This document shows positions 1-13,779 of a stretch of DNA of 47,045 nucleotides, piece by piece (position 1 is the stretch's first letter; the number at the start of each line of letters is the position of its first letter). The DNA lies in NCBI RefSeq assembly GCF_001194135.2, contig NC_068994.1, forward strand, positions 54,539,431 to 54,586,475. Reading direction: 5' to 3'. This DNA comes from Octopus bimaculoides. Its lineage: Eukaryota. Made by a program: the position numbers and the translations under genes. A model generated the notes under the pieces. That model was not told the DNA's origin, ran no database searches, and worked only from the letters and a program-made list of their open reading frames with translations.

Positions 1-437
1 AAAAAAAAAAAAAAAAAAATAATTACAAAACAAAAAAGAATCATAAATAAAAAAAAAACACACCTCAATAATATCAATTCTTTAAAAACCAAAATGAAAG
101 CAATAGATAAAAAAACACTAAACAAAATAATTACGTAATCCTGCATATAAAACATATATTGGTGAAAACTAAACGCATTCCACTTGCAAAAATGAAAATA
201 AAATACAAAAGGACAATTTTTACAAAAAATACCTCAAAAGAGAATAATTCATGCGTTAATGCTAAATTATACAATGGGTTTTTTATAAACCTGTCTGAAC
301 TGATGTCCAATGTCCACCTCGCTACCGAACCTGTTTGCATTTCAGTAGAGGTGAAGCGAGGGGGGCAAGGTAGGATTCTGTATCCAACTGTTAGTAGGGT
401 TCGACTTCATTTCAGGTATTTTGTCGTGAATTTAGGC

Positions 438-1181
<744 letters not shown>

Positions 1182-1348
1182 ATTTAGGCAGTTATATTAA
1201 ATTCTACTCGTTATTGGATGGCAAACTTAAACCGTTTATCTGGTTTAAAAAAGATCTTCTGGCTGGCCCTTAGGTTTCCTGTAGCGATGTTCGCTCTGGA
1301 ACAAAATATTTGAGCTGAGTTTTGGATTTGGGGTTGATAACCTCTTAC

Positions 1349-1408
1349 AGGTAACCTGTCATCACTGGGACCCTTGAAAAAATATACACGCAGCTCATCT
1401 TTGTTTGA
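1349..1408 (-). other. Candidate isolated 60-nt exon
   Basis: Strong acceptor (TTTTTTTATCTTTTATTTCTCAG) and donor CCT|GTAAGA. Phase-0 reading is SNKDELRVYFFKGPSDDRLP. No recognisable homology. Confidence 0.3.
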
Positions 1409-2104
1409 CTGAGAAATAAAAGATAAAAAAATGAAATATTCTTGCAGCGATACCCAAAAGGTACAACAAGAGCGAATGATAATGACTTGATCATCCAGAA
1501 ATAGCAACCAAGTCTTCTTCAAATCGAAGCATACCGTCTTAGAATAGGAAAACGCGTTCGACACTTTTGTTCTTTGTATATAAAAGACGTGATATTGTTT
1601 GTTTTTAACTACAGTCTAAAATCTGTTTTGTATGATGTAGCTTTCTTTTTTGGGGGTGGGTTGGTGGGGGGTGTTTTTCGTTTCTTTCTTTGCTTTTAGG
1701 TGAAATCTCGCTGAATGAGCGTACAGCCCTTGAAAAATTGGGTACAATATGCTTTTCGAAGTGTGTTTGTTTATATAACACCGTTTATAAAGAATTAATA
1801 TTGAGGAGGACAAAACAAAAAATAAAAATAACATGAAATATATTAGTTATGACATCAAACATATGGTTGTCACTTTTATGCAACGTGTGCGTGTGTGCGT
1901 GTGTGTGTGTGTATGTACGAGTGTGTGTGCGTGTGTGCGTGTATGTGTGTATGCGTGTGTGTGCGTGTATGTGTGCGTGTATGTCTGCGTGCGTGTGTGC
2001 ATATATGTGTGTGCATGTGCGCATGTATGTGTGTGTTGTGCTTGTATGTGTGCGAGCATGTGTGTATGTGTGTGTGTGTGTGTGCGTGTGTGCGTGTGCG
2101 CGTG

Positions 2105-2410
2105 TGTCGCATTGGCAACTGTTTAAAAAGGTTGGGTTCAATTCCACTGTGAAGCACCTTAAGCAGCTGCATCTTGTGCAAAGACGTTTTGCTGAGCCAA
2201 GCCTTCTGAGTAAAGTTGAGTAAACGGAAACTGTGGGGAAGACCGTCGGATGTACTGGAACCTTAATTCAAAGGGCTCAGCCCTGACATCTGCAGTGTCA
2301 TGTTGGTTACATTTAAGATACAAGTGTCTGTGGAACACCCGGCCACTTACACCGAATTTACGTTCAGTTGGTTGTTCTGGTGAATTCTAACCAAAAGTTA
2401 TACAGCCTTG
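2105..2410 (+). mobile_element. SINE family A, diverged copy with alternative 3' tail
   Basis: GGGTTCAATTCCACTG...GGAAACTGTGGGGAAGACCGTCG body followed by an ACAAGTGTCTGTGGAACACCCGGCCACTT tail that is also seen near 29590-29650 and 31240-31380. Confidence 0.6.
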
Positions 2411-2556
2411 TNNNNNNNNNNNNNNNNNNNNNNNNNNNNNNNNNNNNNNNNNNNNNNNNNNNNNNNNNNNNNNNNNNNNNNNNNNNNNNNNNNNNNNNNN
2501 NNNNNNNNNNNNNNNNNNNNNNNNNNNNNNNNNNGTGTGTGTGTGTGTGTGTGTGA

Positions 2557-2725
2557 GAGACGGGCTTCTTTCAGTTTCCGTCTACCAAATCCACTCACAA
2601 AGCTTTGGTCACCTCGAGGCTATAGTAGAAGACACTTGCCCAAGGTGCCACGCAGTGGGACTGAACCCGGAACCATGTGGTTGGGAAGAGCAAGCTTCTT
2701 ACTGCACAGACATGCTTGCGCCTAT
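2557..2725 (-). mobile_element. SINE family A, 5' half
   Basis: Close match to the head and body of the 508-1090 copy; continues into (TG)n and an N-gap. Confidence 0.85.
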
Positions 2726-2799
2726 AAAACCAATTCATGGACAAATTCCTGACATGTGGTAAAACCGTGCAGCTCTACAGGTATTGTCGTTTTGATGAA

Positions 2800-3160
2800 G
2801 GGAGTGAGCGAATGTGCAGCGCAAGCATTTGAAAGCAATAAACAAATCATAAGTAGAGGTTGTTCAGCAAGAAATTCTAGATCCGTCTTTCTAGGCCTCG
2901 TGGGAATACATACAATACAACCTGGGGGTACCAGAACGAATCGAGAATCAATAGATAAGTTATTGATTCGATTTTCGCTGTTCTGCGTGCACAGCAGGAA
3001 TCATTATCTGTTCGGCAGACATCAGCAAGTAATTTTTTCGTGGATCTTTATAAACAAAAATTTGTGCACCTGTCAGATTCATTGCTCTGGCGGGTTAGCC
3101 ATGACCGAGAAGACACACAACGAGGCCGAAACACCACATCAAAGTTCTCTTACACTAGTA
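2800..3160 (+). pseudogene. Possible very old piggyBac-like transposase remnant
   Basis: Frame-mixed reading YNTT(x)GG..R...ESIDK..I..FSLFCV has the spacing of the PGBD YN..MGGVD..D.NIDKY region, with RRHTTR...KVLLH downstream. Weak. Confidence 0.25.
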
Positions 3161-3302
3161 AATCGTCAGTGATCAGCATATTCACGTTCAAATCTGCCAG
3201 AACGCATTAAGATTGAATAGATACGTTACTATAATAACACACGCACACACACACACACATCTAGATGTGTGTATATATGTTAACTGATTATCTTAAGAAA
3301 CA

Positions 3303-3490
3303 TCTTTTATCTTTTACCTATTCCAGTCGTTAGACTGTGGCCATGCACCACCTTGAAGAATTTTTAGTCGAATAAATCATCGACCCCAGTACTCATTTTA
3401 TTTTAAAGTCTGTCTTATTCCGCTAAGTTTCGGGGACGTAAACGCACCAGCACCGGTTGTCAAGTGGTAGTGGGGGACAAACACACGCAT
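3303..3490 (-). mobile_element. SINE family A, 3' module
   Basis: CCACCTTGAAG...TCGACCCCAGTACT...CGCTAAGTTTCGGGGACGTAAACGCACCAGCACCGGTTGTCAAG matches 545-715. Confidence 0.8.
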
Positions 3491-3957
3491 ACACATACAT
3501 ATATGGATAGATAAAAGGATAGAGAGAAAGAAAAAGATGGCCAGACGGATACATAGACAGACAGACAGGCAGACAACTAGACAGATCGTTAGAGAGAAAC
3601 AGATTTGCAAACTTATCTTAGGTCTGTGGAAAATATGACAAATGTTGCTTAACAAATTTTCTATTTTAACCATCAGACACATTGCATACCTTCTCTTATC
3701 ATTCTCTCAAAGTATATCAACAAGGAATTTGAGCAACAGAACATTAGATTGGGGATTATACATAAAAATGAATGCATGTATAGTACACATACACACGCAC
3801 GTGTGTAGATATATATGTATATACGAGTATGTTTATATATTTACACACGCGCGTATATATATGTGCGTGTGTGTGTGTGCATGTGAATATATATGTATAC
3901 AGATATATGTGTATATATACATACATGCATGTACATGCTTATACATGTATAGAGACG

Positions 3958-3993
<36 letters not shown>

Positions 3994-4116
3994 AGACGGA
4001 CACATTCGTAAATATGCATATACAATCAAATCTATACATATACAAATATATGTGTATATATTCGTGTACACTCACATATATACATACACACATGCACACA
4101 TACATAGATACAGATA

Positions 4117-4149
<33 letters not shown>

Positions 4150-4289
4150 GCAATAAAGTTGCAAAAAGTTTTCAAGCAGGAAAGTCTTAACGGAAATTTG
4201 ATAAAATTACATTTTAGTCATGTTTTTCTTTCTTCTTCGTTAAGCAACCGCTTGTCTATTATACACACACTACTACCGAATATAATACA

Positions 4290-4343
<54 letters not shown>

Positions 4344-4515
4344 TCTAGGTCCAAAGTACTTTCGCTTTACTGAAGTGGTTTTGATTAATCTCAATGTCAA
4401 ATTATTCAGAGCATCATGGACGATTCTGCTCTTTCTCTATACGGCAGTTAGAGTTAGCTTCACTCGAATTAAACAGCCAAAGAAAAAAAACAAAAGAAAT
4501 TTGTGAAAAAAAGGA

Positions 4516-4556
<41 letters not shown>

Positions 4557-4998
4557 AACACACCAGAAAAGAATAGAACAAACATGTATAAAGTCATCAC
4601 ATTGAAGAAATTAGGCTAACCGGAAAAAGTGAAGTACAGAGTTTAGGAGGTCATTTATAACATGACAGCTACGCTAAGACAACCGTTGAGCTCAGACAAA
4701 GCGAGCCGCTTGTGGTTAGTTTCCGTGCTGCCAAACAGTGGTACAGACAGGTACAGTAGCATTAACAGCAGCAGCAGCAGTAGTAGTAATTTCTTTTATT
4801 AGCCACAGGGTCATAGTTGAGGGGGGACATCACTAGGAAATACAACAGTTTGTGTGGCGATTTACTTAAAAGACAAAGGGGGAAAAGAAATGGAAGAAAA
4901 ATCAGTAAAATGTGATGAAAGTACACACAGGCACACACAATACGAAACGTTAGTGGAGCAAAAACACAAAGCATGCTGTAACAGAAAAAGCTACCATA

Positions 4999-5916
4999 TG
5001 TTATCAGTCAGTGTACAGATTGATTGGTTGATGATGGTCACGTGATGATGGTCACGCGGTAACCATTGGCGTGAACTTAGGGAAATCAGACAAAGAGGAA
5101 TAATGTCTTCGTGTTGCTAATGTTTTATCGTTTCTCTGTCACCAACCAGGGTAGGGTCCAGATGCCCCGTGACTAAAACTTTCCTCATATCTAACCACCT
5201 TCTACAAAACTGTATCCTGAGCACATTTGTTTTTTATTCGACATGTGAAGTTTCTTCTAAAATCTCCTAAAATGGCGTCTGATCCTCATAGTCGGCTTTT
5301 CTCGTATCTCCTCGACTCAGCTCCTCTGATGCACTTGTCTCTCCACCCCTTTTCACCCTTGCTGCATCTGACTATCTGTTATCTATTATATATGCATATA
5401 TATTTGCATGCTTGTGCGTCTTTGTGCCTGTGTTTGTCTCCCACCACCGCTTGACAACCGGTGTCGGTGTGTTTACGTCCCGGTAATTTAGCGTTCCGGC
5501 AAAGAGACCGCTAGATTAAATACCAGGCTTAAAGAAACAAATGAATACTGGAGTTCTTTCATTCTATACATAACAGTTATGCACTCCTAATAGTTTACAA
5601 GTAACGTTCCTTTTGCAACTGTTTTGATTATATTTTGGTGAGACTGAATCATTCACGAAAGAGTCTTGCTTAAGTAACATAATAGCTGCTCATACTGGAT
5701 AGAACGAAAAGGCTAAACCAGCCCTAAATTAGAACACGACTTACACTTTTTATAGTTATTGTTCTGACTGTCATATGACATGTCTACTGGACGAAAAAGT
5801 TTAACGTGACCTCACATTATTTTCACACACAGATGTAGCGGAAAATTGACAGAAAATTCCATTACCTCACCACGTGGCCATCATCAACTAATCAATCTGT
5901 ACATTGACTGATAACA
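4999..5916. repeat. 46-bp inverted repeat pair (43/46 identical), possible MITE
   Basis: 4999-5044 TGTTATCAGTCAGTGTACAGATTGATTGGTTGATGATGGTCACGTG versus the reverse complement of 5871-5916; three transition mismatches. No clear TSD. Confidence 0.7.
5420..5550 (+). mobile_element. SINE family A, 3' module fragment
   Basis: GCTTGACAACCGGTGTCGGTGTGTTTACGTCCCGGTAATTTAGCG...GGCAAAGAGACCG. Confidence 0.75.
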
Positions 5917-6048
5917 ACGCGAGCCACATTTTTCTCGATAAAACACATTTTTGAACAACGGCCAGAAAAGATACAGTTTGCAGAACAATACCACATAACC
6001 ACATAATACGCTTTTGAAGTTCAACATATGTGAAACCGGTTAAGTGCA

Positions 6049-6096
<48 letters not shown>

Positions 6097-6100
<4 letters not shown>

Positions 6101-6185
6101 TTTCAAATTTTGTCACAATGTTAGCAATTTCGGGGAAGGAGGAAGTCTATTACATCGATCCCCAGTGCGTAACTGGTACTTATTT
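6097..6185 (-). mobile_element. SINE family B, 3' part running into a gap
   Basis: GGTTTCAAATTTTGTCACAA...TACATCGATCCCAGTGCGTAACTGGTACTTATTT. Confidence 0.75.
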
Positions 6186-6682
6186 NNNNNNNNNNNNNNN
6201 NNNNNNNNNNNNNNNNNNNNNNNNNNNNNNNNNNNNNNNNNNNNNNNNNNNNNNNNNNNNNNNNNNNNNNNNNNNNNNNNNNNNNNNNNNNNNNNNNNNN
6301 NNNNNNNNNNNNNNNNNNNNNNNNNNNNNNNNNNNNNNNNNNNNNNNNNNNNNNNNNNNNNNNNNNNNNNNNNNNNNNNNNNNNNNNNNNNNNNNNNNNN
6401 NNNNNNNNNNNNNNNNNNNNNNNNNNNNNNNNNNNNNNNNNNNNNNNNNNNNNNNNNNNNNNNNNNNNNNNNNNNNNNNNNNNNNNNNNNNNNNNNNNNN
6501 NNNNNNNNNNNNNNNNNNNNNNNNNNNNNNNNNNNNNNNNNNNNNNNNNNNNNNNNNNNNNNNNNNNNNNNGGAGGCAAAACAAGGGCTTAACACCTCTA
6601 TCTTATTACCTTATACATACATCCACCCATACATACATACATACATACATACATACACACGCACACACACACACACACACAT

Positions 6683-6728
<46 letters not shown>

Positions 6729-7049
6729 TTTGTGTATATTAAATTTTTTTCAAAATCTCTTCATATATTCACTGTGTTTGTTTCTTTAATTTTACTCCTG
6801 GCAATGTTATACTCCATTGCTGTATGGCTTCGCTTGAAGCCATTCCGAAAGGCAACTCCGAAGACATGAATAACAACAACATCAATGAAATTAGCATTCT
6901 TGAAGCATTAGAATTTTAATTTTTAAACTAAAAAAAGGAATTCTATTCTTTTGTGTATTTCAGCCCTAAGGCTGTGGCCATGCTGGGGCACTGCAAATTA
7001 TCAACTAAGTAAGTTAGATCCCACCCACGGGCAATGCTTGTATATACAT

Positions 7050-7138
7050 ATGTATACACACACACACACATGTAAACACACACCAATACACACGCATATA
7101 TATATATATATATACCTATATATATATATATATATATA

Positions 7139-7191
<53 letters not shown>

Positions 7192-7709
7192 NNNNNNNNN
7201 NNNNNNNNNNNNNNNNNNNNNNNNNNNNNNNNNNNNNNNNNNNNNNNNNNNNNNNNNNNNNNNNNNNNNNNNNNNNNNNNNNNNNNNNNNNNNNNNNNNN
7301 NNNNNNNNNNNNNNNNNNNNNNNNNNNNNNNNNNNNNNNNNNNNNNNNNNNNNNNNNNNNNNNNNNNNNNNNNNNNNNNNNNNNNNNNNNNNNNNNNNNN
7401 NNNNNNNNNNNNNNNNNNNNNNNNNNNNNNNNNNNNNNNNNNNNNNNNNNNNNNNNNNNNNNNNNNNNNNNNNNNNNNNNNNNNNNNNNNNNNNNNNNNN
7501 NNNNNNNNNNNNNNNNNNNNNNNNNNNNNNNNNNNNNNNNNNNNNNNNNNNNNNNNNNNNNNNNNNNNNNNNNNNNNNNNNNNNNNNNNNNNNNNNNNNN
7601 NNNNNNNNNNNNNNNNNNNNNNNNNNNNNNNNNNNNNNNNNNNNNNNNNNNNNNNNNNNNNNNNNNNNNNNNNNNNNNNNNNNNNNNNNNNNNNNNNNNN
7701 NNNNNNNNN

Positions 7710-7751
<42 letters not shown>

Positions 7752-7870
7752 ACGCATGTACATATACATACTCATGCATATATATATATACACACATGTG
7801 CATACATATATTCACATACATGCATACAAACACACAAATACATATATGTGTATGTATACATACACATTCA

Positions 7871-7937
<67 letters not shown>

Positions 7938-8696
7938 AGACGCATATACACACACACGCGTGCATATATATATATATGTATACACACATGCATAGATATA
8001 CATAGACACAAGTTTCATTTTTGACATTTTCTAACACAATTCGTTACATTTTAAAAACAGTCCTTGTTTTTATTAATCAGCCAACCCTCCCAGTTCTTGT
8101 CGTTGTTGTTGTTGTTGTTGTTGTTGCAGATCCCCTCCCCCAATTCAGTATGAGTTGAGAAGGCCTCAAATAAAAGACGTGCCGACCAAGACCATCCTGC
8201 CTTTCTAGGAGTTTCCAGAAAGTGTTTATCTAATGTAACATACATTCCCTTTATCAAAATGATAGCTTTGAGTTGTAAGGGACATTTGGTTGTTATTTCT
8301 AGCAAATTGATCGACCACCTACGTGCATGTACCCTCACCACCGTCACTGCAGTCACAATTGCTGTTGTTGCTGCTGTTGTTGTTGTTGTGAGAGTCTTGG
8401 GGGCAGGGATCAGTAACAGCTGAACTATAATTGCTAGCTGCAACTGCTTTTTGACACCAATTATTTCAGAAGGGGACATTACGGTTTCAAATGACGTGTT
8501 TTCAGCCTCATAGTTCAGGGGAAGACCATTCTACCCCTGTTCATCTGCCTTGGTATTTACGTTGACACTTAAATTACTTCATATGTATGTATGTGCGTGT
8601 ATTATGTATGTATGTATGTGTGTGTATGTATGTATGTATGTGTGTGTATGTATGTGTATATGTATGTATGTGCGTGTATCTATGTAAGTGTATATG

Positions 8697-8727
<31 letters not shown>

Positions 8728-8815
8728 ATATGTGCGTGTATGTGTGTATGTATGTATATATGTATGTGTATGTATGTATTTATATATATGTATGTGTATA
8801 TATGTATGTGTATCT
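7050..8815. repeat. Compound (TA)n/(CA)n/(GA)n/(TATG)n microsatellite field with an N-gap
   Basis: Directly visible; includes a non-repetitive island at about 8040-8580 with (GTT)n tracts. Confidence 0.9.
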
Positions 8816-9153
8816 ATGATGGTTAAAAGGATGTATATTTCCACAAACACACCCATATATATATATATATANNNNNNNNNNNNNNNNNNNNNNNNNNNNN
8901 NNNNNNNNNNNNNNNNNNNNNNNNNNNNNNNNNNNNNNNNNNNNNNNNNNNNNNNNNNNNNNNNNNNNNNNNNNNNNNNNNNNNNNNNNNNNNNNNNNNN
9001 NNNNNNNNNNNNNNNNNNNNNNNNNNNNNNNNNNNNNNNNNNNNNNNNNNNNNNNNNNNNNNNNNNNNNNNNNNNNNNNNNNNNNNNNNNNNNNNNNNNN
9101 NNNNNNNNNNNNNNNNNNNNNNNNNNNNNNNNNNNNNNNNNNNNNNNNNNNNN

Positions 9154-9208
<55 letters not shown>

Positions 9209-9734
9209 GTATGTAATAATTGTATATAGGATTACACGATCACAGCTGACCATACAACTAACTGATTAACTAAACCCAGGATAATAAAAAAAGATAAATG
9301 GCAACAAGGCAGCTGTCTACATTAACCGCCAGTTAGATAGGAATATCAAATTCCTGACAGTTGTCTGTGCGTCCATATTGACATCAGGTCATACAGCTAA
9401 ATACGCTCACCTCAAAATACGACTCAACTGTTTGTTATCTGTTTTGTCGTTGTTGTTGTTGTTGTTGTTGTTGTTTTTGAAGGGAATGATATTATTAGAG
9501 AATTAATATAATTCTTGATATGTTATTATGTAAAGTTAACTGAGAAGGTCGTGGCTGGAACTACATTGATCATAAATCTCAGTAACATGTTCAGCTGTGC
9601 ATGTCACACAACCAGACGAAGCATCTTCTACCAAATATTACTCGACTTGCTAGGATTAGCAGCACACCTCCTTTGAATCACTCCCTGCCGTTTTTTAGAC
9701 AGGGGCACGTTGAAGATTTTGGTCTTGGGTTCCT

Positions 9735-10090
9735 AGTATTTAAGACAGAGACGGGATGGTCACGGCCGGAAATCTTTTTTATCATACAAGTTATCGATCA
9801 GGCTTAACCTGGGTAACAGCCACAACAGTAGCAGCAATTTCTGTGGTAAGGCGTTTGCTTCCCAACCGCATGGTTCTTGGTTCAGACCCCACTACGTGGC
9901 AGTTTTGGGTGTCTTCTGCTGTAGTCTCGGGCCGACCAAAGATGTATTAGTATAACGTTCGGGAATTGAAAAAGTCTTTAACGTTTCGAGCCTTCGAAAA
10001 AGACGGGATAGTCAAGATTGTTTGAAACATCTATGATCAGAGGACTGGTCGATCAGCGCTGACCTGGGGTTAGATAACACCACCAACAAC
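9735..10090 (+). repeat. Dispersed repeat family C, two copies ending in (CAA)-like tails and bracketing a SINE A head
   Basis: GACGGGATGGTCACGGCCGG...TCGATCAGGCTTAACCTGGG and GACGGGATAGTCAAG...TCGATCAGCGCTGACCTGGGGTTAGATAACACC. Related pieces at about 1490-1560, 9545, 17640-17825 and 29220-29470. SINE A head at 9838-9945. Confidence 0.6.
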
Positions 10091-10599
10091 AGTACCAAAA
10101 ACGGAAGCTTGCATCACAACAAGTCTCGATAGTATTACATTATTTATGATTTCAAAATATCATTATTACACCGGCCACCAACGACTCGTCCCCAACACCA
10201 AACACCATACAGTAAATTGTCTATCAACACGTAAACCCTATGTAATACGTAATATATAACAGTAACGGGTCTAAAAATCTGCATATTCTCCAATAATACG
10301 ATATAAATCTCTCTGTTGTTATTTCTGTTCCCCAGCCCCTCAATTTTTAAACGTTATTTTCATATGACCTGCACGCACTAAAAATTATATAATACCCATA
10401 GCTGTTAACATGGCGGTCATGTTGCAACACCGTTGTTCCTTTGTCGAAGCAGACGTGTTTATTCTGACCATATATGAACCACTTCTAGACTTGGTTCCAA
10501 ATAAATAGACTTGAGTGAATAATCTATCAAATTCGTCTTGCCCGTCCGTTCTTAACAACAGATACTAGACAACATCTGCTAGAAGCAAACGACACATTC

Positions 10600-10860
10600 A
10601 GCAACATATATAATCTCTCTTTCTCTCTCTCTCTCTCTCCCTTACATACATACACACCATACAGACGATCACACAAACATCACACATCAGACAAACAGAC
10701 ATTTGATAGACACACAAACATCACACAAACATGTCAGACAAACAAACATATCAGATGAACACTCACACACACTCTCACACAAACACACGCACACACAGAT
10801 AAGAACACATACAAACACATATATTAGGTAGACACATACATACAAGCATCACACAAATAC

Positions 10861-10912
<52 letters not shown>
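10600..10912. repeat. Degenerate to perfect (CA)n microsatellite
   Basis: Directly visible. Confidence 0.9.
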
Positions 10913-10917
<5 letters not shown>

Positions 10918-12519
10918 GGCAAAAATATTAAAAATTACACGCAACAATTCTGTAATATTCACAGCAGACATAGGAAAGACAAAAGAAGAGAAAAGAAAAA
11001 AAGAAAGAAGAATGGAGAGCAAACACGTGAAGAGCCCTTGTAGGCGTCATATTTGACCAACACAAGAAAACAACAACAAGCACAGCAACAACAAATGCAA
11101 CAACAAGCATTACAAGAAGCACGACACAAACAACAAGTGCAATAGAAAGCACAAAAGCAACAACAAGCAGACGAACAATAACAATGGACACTTCGGTGAG
11201 AAAATGGCAGCGACTTCAGAGCTATGCTTTTCAATGTGACCGCTACCGCCCTCTGGTGGGCGATGGAAAATTTATTTGAGTCCTGGGTATAAAGGGAGTT
11301 GGAGATGCATCTGTATTGTTATTTCATTGTCTTTATAGTCTTTGACTCCTAATTAAATATTAACTTCCAAAACATTTTTCTTAGTGTAATATTGTAATAA
11401 AATGCCTGGCGTGCAAGCGATTCTGCCAGTTCGTCGCCTTACCCTGGCCTAAAATTAAGTTTGTGAACATTAAATATTAAAGAAAAGTGGGTGGTAGTTA
11501 AAAAAACTTTGAGGAGCAATGCAATGTATTTGTTTCTGCCGTGACTGGTCTGAGCTCAAATCTTACCGAGGTCAACTTTTCTGTCGCCCGTTCGGAGTTG
11601 ACAGAAAATAAGTTCAAAGCAGTGAATTGGCGGACATGTTTAGTTGGTGGTGCAGCAGATGTGTGTTGTAGTTTGATGGGCAACGAACCCCTGTTAGTTG
11701 TGTCAGTTAGATGAAGGTTTACCAGAGACTAAAGTTAACGCTCTCTCTCTCTTTCTCTTTCTCTCTCTCTCACACGCACACATACACCTCCACCAACAAC
11801 ATTTACGTCGTCATCTCTACCTCTGCCAAGACCTGCTAACACAACAAACAGGGATACCACCTCCACTACCACCAACACCACATCTTCCAAGCCACCCCTA
11901 CAACTGCCATCGATAACAACGCAGTAAACAAGATCAGCACTCCAGACACCATTTGCACACTACATCGCCCAGACATAACCCCAACAGCAGCACCACCACG
12001 TCAACCACCACCACCACCACCACCACCAACAACAACAACAACGTAAATAGCAACACCAACACCGCCACACGATACGCACTTCACCACCCACGTCGACAAC
12101 ACCAGCAGCAGCAGCACCACCACCACCGCTAACAACGCCGCCAACGTCGTGTGCCATTGGTGGAAAGAAGTGAGTGTCGCCATTCATCAAGATAACTGAC
12201 AAAAGACAAAACAAGAAGCAACATTTGGAAGAAGGTCTTGAAGAATTCCCGTCACGGAATCTTACGTATCTTGTCACCGTTCACCATTATTATCTCTCCC
12301 ACCGTTGTTTGCCGTGGCTAATTTTCTTTATTCTCCCACACAGTCATTTATATTGTGCTTCATCGCCTTCTCTTACTCCCGCTCTGACGAGTTCTTTGTT
12401 TTTCTTTTCTTTCCTTTACCATTAATAATATACTCTACGCTTGACTATATATATTTTTCTTATTTGCTTCTGAACTCACAAGCTCTAGCATAGCCATTTC
12501 CTCCATTTATCATACTGGA

Positions 12520-12555
12520 CAACAAGCCAGAGAGAGAGATAAAGAGAGAGAGAGG

Positions 12556-12588
<33 letters not shown>

Positions 12589-12589
12589 A

Positions 12590-12631
<42 letters not shown>

Positions 12632-12932
12632 AAGAGAGAGGGAGAGAGAGACTGACAGAAAGAAACAGAGAAAGACAGAGACCATCCAAGAGAGAGAGAG
12701 AGAGAGAGGAAGCAAGACCGACAGAGATAGAAGAAGAGGAAGAAATGGAGAGAAAGGGTGAGATAGAAATGGAGAGAGAGAGAAGGGGAGAGAGGTCGTC
12801 AGAGAGGGAGAGAGAGAGAGAGAGAGACGGACAGAGACAGAAGATGGAAAGAGAGAGAGAGAGAGAGAGGGAGGGGAACGGAGAAAGAGTGGGAGAGAAA
12901 GGAGAAGAGGGGGGAAGAAAGGGAAGAGAGAA

Positions 12933-12965
<33 letters not shown>
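12520..12965. repeat. Long polypurine (GA)n tract
   Basis: About 445 bp of almost exclusively G/A on the + strand with short interruptions. Confidence 0.95.
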
Positions 12966-13579
12966 CGGCAATAGTTTTGGGAATTGAACTTTTAAAAACA
13001 TTCATTTTACAAAGAAATAGCAAACCAGAGTAAAGAAATCCACAAGGATCACCAATGAAGATGTACTGACTTCTGGGCCACACAGACAACAAAGGTACAG
13101 AAATCATCAATTAAGATCCGTCATGCAACATAGCACAACTCACAATAATAAACTACAGACAAAACAATAGCGCTTCGTATCGTAACAAACAATATTTGCA
13201 AGCTATTCTTTATATAGCTTCCTCTGCTTCGAGTTTCACGTTCGCTTGAAGTTTCTAAATTCTTATGACGTCAGCAACATGCAATTCTCTCTGGTAAGAT
13301 TAAAGTTTCTGAATTATATGTAAAAATTCGGAGGAACGTTTTGGTCCTATGGTAGAACGTCTACCATGTATACACAAGACGTAGGTTCGAGTCTCACGGG
13401 CAACCTTCGACATTTTTCTGTCCAAAGGAATTTTTTGCATGCTAACGTTTATAGCTTTATCTACTTCGAATTTCACCGCTCCATAAAAGAAACTATATGC
13501 AGTTAATTTCTACAGCAGGCCATTTCTACAGCAAAACAACTGAAAGACAAAAAACCACCAGGATATGTAAGTAATACGG

Positions 13580-13779
13580 ATTCTTTTCTACTCTAGGCAC
13601 AAGGCCCGAAATTTTGGGGGTGGGGGCCAATCGATTAGATCGACCCCAGTACGCAACTGGTACTTAATTTATCAACCCCGAAAGGATGACGGCGCAATTT
13701 GAACTCAGAACGCAACGGCAGACGAAATACCGCTAAGCATTTCGCCCGGCGCGCTAACGTTTCTGCCAGCTCGCCGCCT
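13580..13779 (-). mobile_element. SINE family B (tRNA-derived) with an internal deletion
   Basis: Minus strand: GGCGGCGAGCTGGCAGAAACGTTAGCGCGCCGGGCGAAATGCTTAGCGGTATTTCGTC...GAGTTCAAATTG (A-box- and B-box-like). Lacks about 20 bp present in other copies. Confidence 0.9.

Noticed and set aside
8051-8479. 142-aa minus-strand ORF with poly-T and poly-N runs
   Set aside because: Held open by (AAC)n repeats; no credible splice sites or homology.
10928-11280. Hydrophobic minus-strand ORF and Thr/Gln-rich plus-strand frames
   Set aside because: Degenerate (CAA)n repeat; purine-rich upstream with no good acceptor.
11780-12280. His/Gln/Thr/Pro-rich frames ending at a GAA|GTGAGT donor
   Set aside because: Decayed (CAC)/(CAA) triplets with stops in every + frame and no acceptor.
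13343-13405. tRNA-like segment with B box GGTTCGAGTC
   Set aside because: No convincing cloverleaf or acceptor stem; at best a decayed SINE head.
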